A stretch of 64,000 bases of DNA from Rhizodiscina lignyota (Eukaryota). The position numbers and the translations under genes were made by a program. Shown piece by piece: positions 58,267 through 64,000 of this stretch (position 1 is the stretch's first letter; every line of letters begins with the position of its first letter). Where the stretch lies: NCBI GenBank assembly GCA_010015805.1, contig ML978121.1, positions 3,534,001-3,598,000 of the forward strand, written 5' to 3'. The notes under the pieces are model-generated. The model saw only the letters and a program-made list of their open reading frames with translations, had not been told where the DNA came from and ran no database searches.

Positions 58267-60881
58267 TTACAGAAGAGCAGCAGCGCCAACGAGCATGGCA
58301 ATCATACCAGCGCCGACATTCGCCTTGGAAGCGGCACCAGTGAACTGGGCAATCGGCGACACATCAGTGCCGCTTGGGGCCCACGAGGCGCTGGCAGTGC
58401 CAGTGCCAACTGGGACGGCGCCCTTGTTACCACCATAGCCAGATGGAGCGCCAGCGACAGGGGCAACTGGAGTGGAAGCAGTGCCGTTGCCCGGAACGCC
58501 ACCGTAGGTGTAGCCAGTGTATGTGGAAGCAGCAGAAGGAGCGACTGGCAGAACAGTCAAGGTGGCTGGCTTGGTAGGAGCAGCAGGAGCGCTGTATCCA
58601 GCCGGGCCAGACGGCTTCTCGCTCTCGACCGGGGAGGCCGGGGAGCTGTAAGCAGGGGCGCTGTAGCCAGCTGGGCCGGATGGCTTCTCGCTCTCAACTG
58701 GGGAAGCTGGGCTAGACTCGGCAGGCTTGGTGACAGTGACAATACCAGTCTGGGTGAGAGTGCTGTGGAGAGTGGTGGTGACAGGAGTGGTTGGGGACTC
58801 TGGGGAGGAGTATACCGGGATAGACTCGCTGACTGGGCTGTTGGGCGTCGACGCTGGCGCAGAATAGGTGACTGGGTAAGTAGTCTTGGAGGAGACGGTC
58901 TCGGTCAGAGTCAGGGTCTTGCTCTCGGTGGTCGTAGTGTACGTCTTGGTCACATAGAGGGTGCTTGTCTCATAAGAGGTGACCGGAGTATAGCTGTAAC
59001 CAGCGGGCGAAGATGGAGTCTCACCAGACTCTGGGGTGCTGCTTGCTGGCTTGGTGTAGGTGACAGTCGTCGGCTTGGTGATGATGACCGTGGTAGGAGT
59101 GCTGTAGCAGTTCGTGCAGTAGGTCGTGATGGTTGTGTCAGTGATGACGGACGACGGCGTGGTTGAGGCACCCGGGCAGTAAGTCTTGGTCAGAGTAACA
59201 GTGACGGTGGTCAAGCCAGTGGAGCAGACATCAGTGTAAGTGCCTGATTATAAAATTAGTAACCTGATCACATAATTGGAATTTTAAATAACTCACTGGT
59301 AATCGTCTCCGTGATGGTCGTAGCCGGAGAGTACGAGGCAGGGGCGCTCGTAGTGACTGGGCTGTTCGGGCTGGAGTAGGTTGCTGGGCCAGACGGGCTG
59401 CTGGAGGCAGAGACTGGGCTGTTCGGGGTGCTAGAAGGACCAGCCGGGGTGGTGTAGCTGTACGGCTTGCCAGGGGCAGAGTACGGGACAGTGTAGCTGG
59501 TGGTGTAGCTAGTGATGGTGCCCGAAACAGTCGTGGTGATCGTGGTGATGACCGTGGAGTAGCTGGTGGTTGCAGGGGAGCTGGAAGCAGACTCTGGGGA
59601 AGCTGGGCTGGAGGAAGAACCAGTTCCGGTCGGGAACGAGTAAGTGGTCGGGCCAGTGACGATTGGCACAGAGTAGCTGGCTGGGAAGCTTGGGGAGCTG
59701 GAAGCAGAGACGGGCGAAGCTGGGCTGCTGGATGAGCCAGTTCCAACTGGAGCAGAGTAGCTAGCTGGGCTGGTGCCAGTTGGGCCGGACGGGAAGCTCG
59801 AAGTCTTCTTGGTGCAAGTCTTCGTCTTGGTGCAGGTCTTCTTCGTCTTGCTGCCGCTGCCGTATGGGCCAGTAGGGAAGCCAGTTGGGTAGCTCAAAGG
59901 ACCGCTTGGGGAGCTGGTAGCAGACTCAGGGGAAACTGGGCTGCTGGGGGAGCCAGATCCAGTTCCTGGGAAGCTGTATGGCGGGATGCTGTAAGGAGCA
60001 GTTCCGACTGGGTAGGAAAGAGGACCAGTGCCAGAAGGAGCAGTTCCCGATGGGAGAACTGGAGAGACTGGGGTGCTCGAAGAGCTGGATCCAGTGCCTG
60101 GAAAACTGTATGGCGGGATGCTGTATGGAGCAGTTCCTACTGGATACGAAAGCGGACCAGTGCCCGAAGGAGCGGTTCCCGATGGGAGGACTGGGGAAAC
60201 GGGAGTGCTCGAGGAGCTAGAACCAGTACCCGGGAAGCTGTATGGTGGGATGCTGTAAGGAGCGGTTCCCGTTGGGTACGAGAGTGGGGCAGTTCCAGAA
60301 GGACCGGTTCCAGATGGGAAGACGGGTGAGACTGGAGTGCTGATGCTGCTTGAGCTCGAGCCAGTGCCCGGGAAGCTGTAAGGGGGGATGCTATACGGAG
60401 CAGTTCCCGCTGGGTACGAAAGCGGGCCGGTTCCAGAGGGAGCAGTTCCAGACGGGAACACTGGCGAAACCGGAGTGCTGATGCTGCTGCTCGTCGACGA
60501 GCTGGACGAGGTGGGAGCAGTGTACAGTGGCACAGATGGATGGCTGTATGCCGGAATGCTGTAGCCTACGCTTGGGGAGCTCGATGCGCTCTCTGGTGAC
60601 ACTGGCGTGCTTGCACCAGTTCCGGAAGGATGATGGTGCTTGTGTCCGCCAGTGGACAGCGAGACCGAAGTGTACAGAGGAATACTGTGCGATGATGATG
60701 TTGAGCTCGACGAGGCGACTACTGGAGAAACGGGTGTCGAGACGCTGGAGCTGGAGCTCGAAGAGGAGCTTGAGGACCATCCGGCACCACCGCCATATCC
60801 TCCATATCCACCATATGCAGGCGCATTAGCCATCGCGACTCCGACGAGCCCGCCATAGATGGCGGCAATTTCGCTCCTCAT
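58267..60881 (-). CDS. Ser/Thr/Pro-rich GPI-anchored cell-surface glycoprotein with internal repeats, 2 exons
   Basis: Signal peptide MRSEIAAIYGGLVGVAMA, S/T/P-rich body, short Cys-Thr segments and C-terminal QFTGAASKANVGAGMIAMLVGAAALL GPI signal. Intron at about 59295-59244. Confidence 0.9.
59950..60490 (-). repeat. Four intragenic tandem repeats of about 39-41 aa (TPVSPVxPSGTAPSGTGPLSYPxGTAPYSIPPYSFPGTGSSSS)
   Basis: Visible directly in the translated ORF. Protein copies are near-identical, while the DNA copies differ at many third positions. Confidence 0.9.
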
Positions 60882-63002
60882 TATAATGATTGGTAACCGA
60901 TATCCGTAATAATGCAATAGCAAAGCGAATGAATGTTAGGCCGAGGCCAAAGGAACGATCGTGGACGCGTAGGCTGAACGAGTGAACGCAGGCCAAAGTC
61001 TGCAGGAGGAAGAGTGAGAGAGAGATAAGGTGGATGAGAGAGGGTTTTGATGGAGGGACGGAGGAGGAAGGAAATTACTTGGAAGTGGAGATCCCATGTT
61101 TTCTGTCGCCCGTCACAGGCGTCACGACTCTGCGCATAGGGGAGGCGGCGAGGGCCATGATGGGTCGAACGGGCCAGACTAGCGCACGTCCGAGAGGCCA
61201 TTGCGGGTGGTTGTTGGCCGGGAGTTGCTTTGATAGCGCTTCTGACTGCCTACCTACTCCAACTCCAAGCCACTGGCGTCGGGGCCATCAACCAGACGGG
61301 ATAGCGAGTTGCCTGTTCCTGGCGGCAGCAGAGAGCTAGCACCCAATCAGCCAAGAGGCGCAAACGGTGTTCGGCAGCGGCCTGTATGGCTGTGTACCTG
61401 CGTCGTGATGCAAGAGCTAAAATCCTTTACCCGGCCAGCTTCTCCTTTTCCTTGCACGGGCCAATGGCGGAGGTTGATGGCAGCCCTGGAGGCGCAGGAA
61501 CAAATCTCGGGTGCCACGCCGGTGGAGACGGTTGTTTTGCGACACCCATCTCACCATCAGCCTCTTTGCCCTCAATCCTGCTCGCGTGAGGCATGAACTA
61601 ACCGCTCCTATTCTCTTTCCAATACATAAACGGACGTTCGTTCTTCGGAGGAAACATGTTTTTGGCACGGCAATCCTTCTGATAGCGCGGATCGGCGTCC
61701 AGGTGTCTAGTTCGTACACCCTTTTGCTTAGGTACTCCAAATAGAATTCATCCGGCGCGAGTCACGGCATCGTGGCCGGAAGCTGTTGGCGCAGAGCACG
61801 CGCTTGGAGATTGCATCGTCGCATCGAGCAGGCTTAAGACACATGGTTGTTGGTGAGTCGCTCGCAACCCCTGACGGTGGCGCTGTGCGGTCCGAGGAGA
61901 GGCCTGCCTATCACATGCTGCCACTCCTATGCCTAAGCCGTATTCGCATATACTCGACATGCTAAGGCCTAAGAATGGAGCCCTAGTTTTCATCAAACCC
62001 TTGCCCGTGATTCCATCCATGAATAAGGATCGTCGGTCATTTGAGTTTGCTTTTGCCCGATTCCACCTCACCTTCCAGATGTTAACATCACGCATGCTGT
62101 CCCGCCTCTCCGGATCGTCAGTTGGACGAGGAACCAGCTTCGCGTCCGACACGTGGATTTGATGAAGTCGCTCTTTGTCCTTTTCCACAGCTTTGCGCGA
62201 TCAGAGACAGCCGGTAGGAGCGTTTTCCGCACGGGCGCGAGATCGGGATGGGGAAATATGGAATCGAAAAGAAAATTCCTCAGGACTTCTGCATGAGCTT
62301 GTTTCTCGTACTCGGCTGGCTACCACCGTTATTCCCACCAAGACGCTCGTGCGCGCACATTTCCTTCACAAAAATGCGCACCCATGAAAGGATAAAGGTG
62401 TGTGAGGGCCCAAGGAGAGTGCCGCGAGAGACTCACACCCACGTTAAAATGGGGGGAGCCGCCATACGAGAGCCGCGCCGCAACGCCGTCCCTGGCTAAG
62501 CGCCACACTTCACTCGGCTCTTTTTCATGTAATTTCCGCATCACAGCAGGCTAAGTCCAGCAAAGTCAAGCTCGCGATGCACGCTGGCCAGCACGTCAGA
62601 TGCGGATTGCTCCCGCTCGTGCTCCACACTGCAAGTTCGCAAGCCGTGTCGACTCCAATTATTTCTGGCCCACATCAAATTTTCCCACTGCGAGGTTTAT
62701 AATGCACCTCTTGATCTTGATTCATATGACGTCTTCACTGATCAAACAAGTCGACAGCAGTCTGCCGAGCGGTCGCCTCCATTTCGTCTGCACTTTGCGG
62801 CGCTTCTTCTGCAAGCAGGATACGACACGTGCAGGAAGACACATCACTGGCCCACTTGGATCAATAGTGTGCCTCGTACAATGCCTCGCTACTGAGTCCT
62901 CTCGTACAATCACACGGCAACTCCAAGCTTCCCAGCGCTTCTCGAAACACGAGGTTTCTGCTAACAGATCTATTCTTGAATTGCCGTACGTCTACAAACG
63001 TA

Positions 63003-63034
63003 GATCTTGTATTCGATCTTGTATTCGATCTTGT
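63003..63034. repeat. 12-bp tandem repeat (GATCTTGTATTC, about 2.7 copies)
   Basis: Seen directly in non-coding sequence. Confidence 0.7.
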
Positions 63035-64000
63035 GCGGTTCCAGTTCGACGTTGCCACGTTGGTAGCGAAGAATCGTCTGTTTTATTAATTCCAAGTTCT
63101 CCACTCTTCGTTACATCCTCATTGGTATATATTGGTCTACATGTGCAGGCTCGTTTTTCAACTGTTGAGAAACGTACATATCGTTGCTTTCAACCACAAC
63201 ATTTATTTGTTCAATCCGACAGTTTCCTAATCCTACATTAGATAGTCCACCGCCTCGGAGATGCACGGGAAACCCACATCGACCTTGGCAAAGTGCGTGC
63301 CGGAAATACAATGTCTTGCTCTAAGTGGTCGTTCAGCGAAGAGTGATCTGCTCGTTCCTTCCACCTGCAGCCTGCCGCATGCCAATGTCAATGAATGCCA
63401 ACCCTATGCGTTCAGACACTCCATTTTCGTTCATCTCCACTGCCAGCGCGACGACGTGATGCCAACTGTCACCCAGCGCAGTGGCATGACTGATGACCGA
63501 AGGAACGCCTTCACGAATCCACGCAGTGAGCCAGACAAGTTCTACTAAGAACGGCTCTTCACCAGTTTCCGCGTCCAAGTAGAGGATTTTGGGGATATGC
63601 TTCCGCTCTTCGTTTGGGACAATGCGCTCCTTTTCAGGCGGATCATTTGTTGCGCAGAGGGAAGTGGAAGCGGTCGTTGTCCTTCAGATTAACCTTCTAG
63701 CTGTCGAACGCCGAGGCGTATTTGCCCGTCCTGGGATCCAGGATATCACATGCAACCGCAATATTATTCGGGTTTCTTGCAGACTTACTCTGTCTCTACT
63801 TCTTCCCGGAATCTTGTGCGCCCAGAAATTGCGTATCGGCGAATGGCGTGCCACGAGTGCGATATATCATCCTTTCAAAGCCTCGGAATGCGTTAAGAAT
63901 GTCTGATTCGTATGTCAACAGATGCTCCCTGGATGCAAGGACGAGCTTCGAGTAGAATTCAAACGACGCTCATAGGCACCATTTCCAAGTGTCCCGTCCG

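Noticed and set aside
59950..60490. Tyr/Pro-containing repeats in a secreted protein as a possible dikaritin (KEP) precursor for the DUF3328 enzymes
   Set aside because: No KR/RR sites separate the repeats, the protein has a GPI signal and mucin-like composition, and it lies about 40 kb from the cluster.
60900..64000. Multiple ORFs up to 213 aa at the right end
   Set aside because: No coding-like composition or motifs. Probably the long upstream region of the GPI gene and the UTR or introns of a gene outside the window.

Overview
Intron-containing genomic DNA from a filamentous ascomycete fungus (Pezizomycotina-type GT..CTRAC..AG introns), with about 26 protein-coding genes. I found no RNA genes, transposons or CRISPR arrays. 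Core genes lie mostly at 1-8 kb and 26-58 kb: dienelactone hydrolase, SEC2, RNA-dependent RNA polymerase, HOM2, a 2-Cys peroxiredoxin, MET3, MET16 and fructosamine kinase. An accessory-looking block at about 8.3-25.5 kb holds two HET-domain genes, an SDR, a STAND-N-terminal-domain gene and an intronless DddP-like M24 enzyme. The most notable element is a compact 6.6-kb cluster (13.86-20.51 kb) in this block: four HxxHC-type (DUF3328/UstYa-like) membrane-anchored oxidase genes around a 60-aa secreted peptide gene. It resembles a fungal RiPP (dikaritin-like) locus. Unlike the characterised dikaritin precursors I know of, its candidate precursor has a single non-repeated, Tyr-free, two-Cys core (VWLCDSTPGFCNAVA). 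Gene models were spliced by eye, so exon borders are approximate, and family assignments come from motif recognition rather than database searches.
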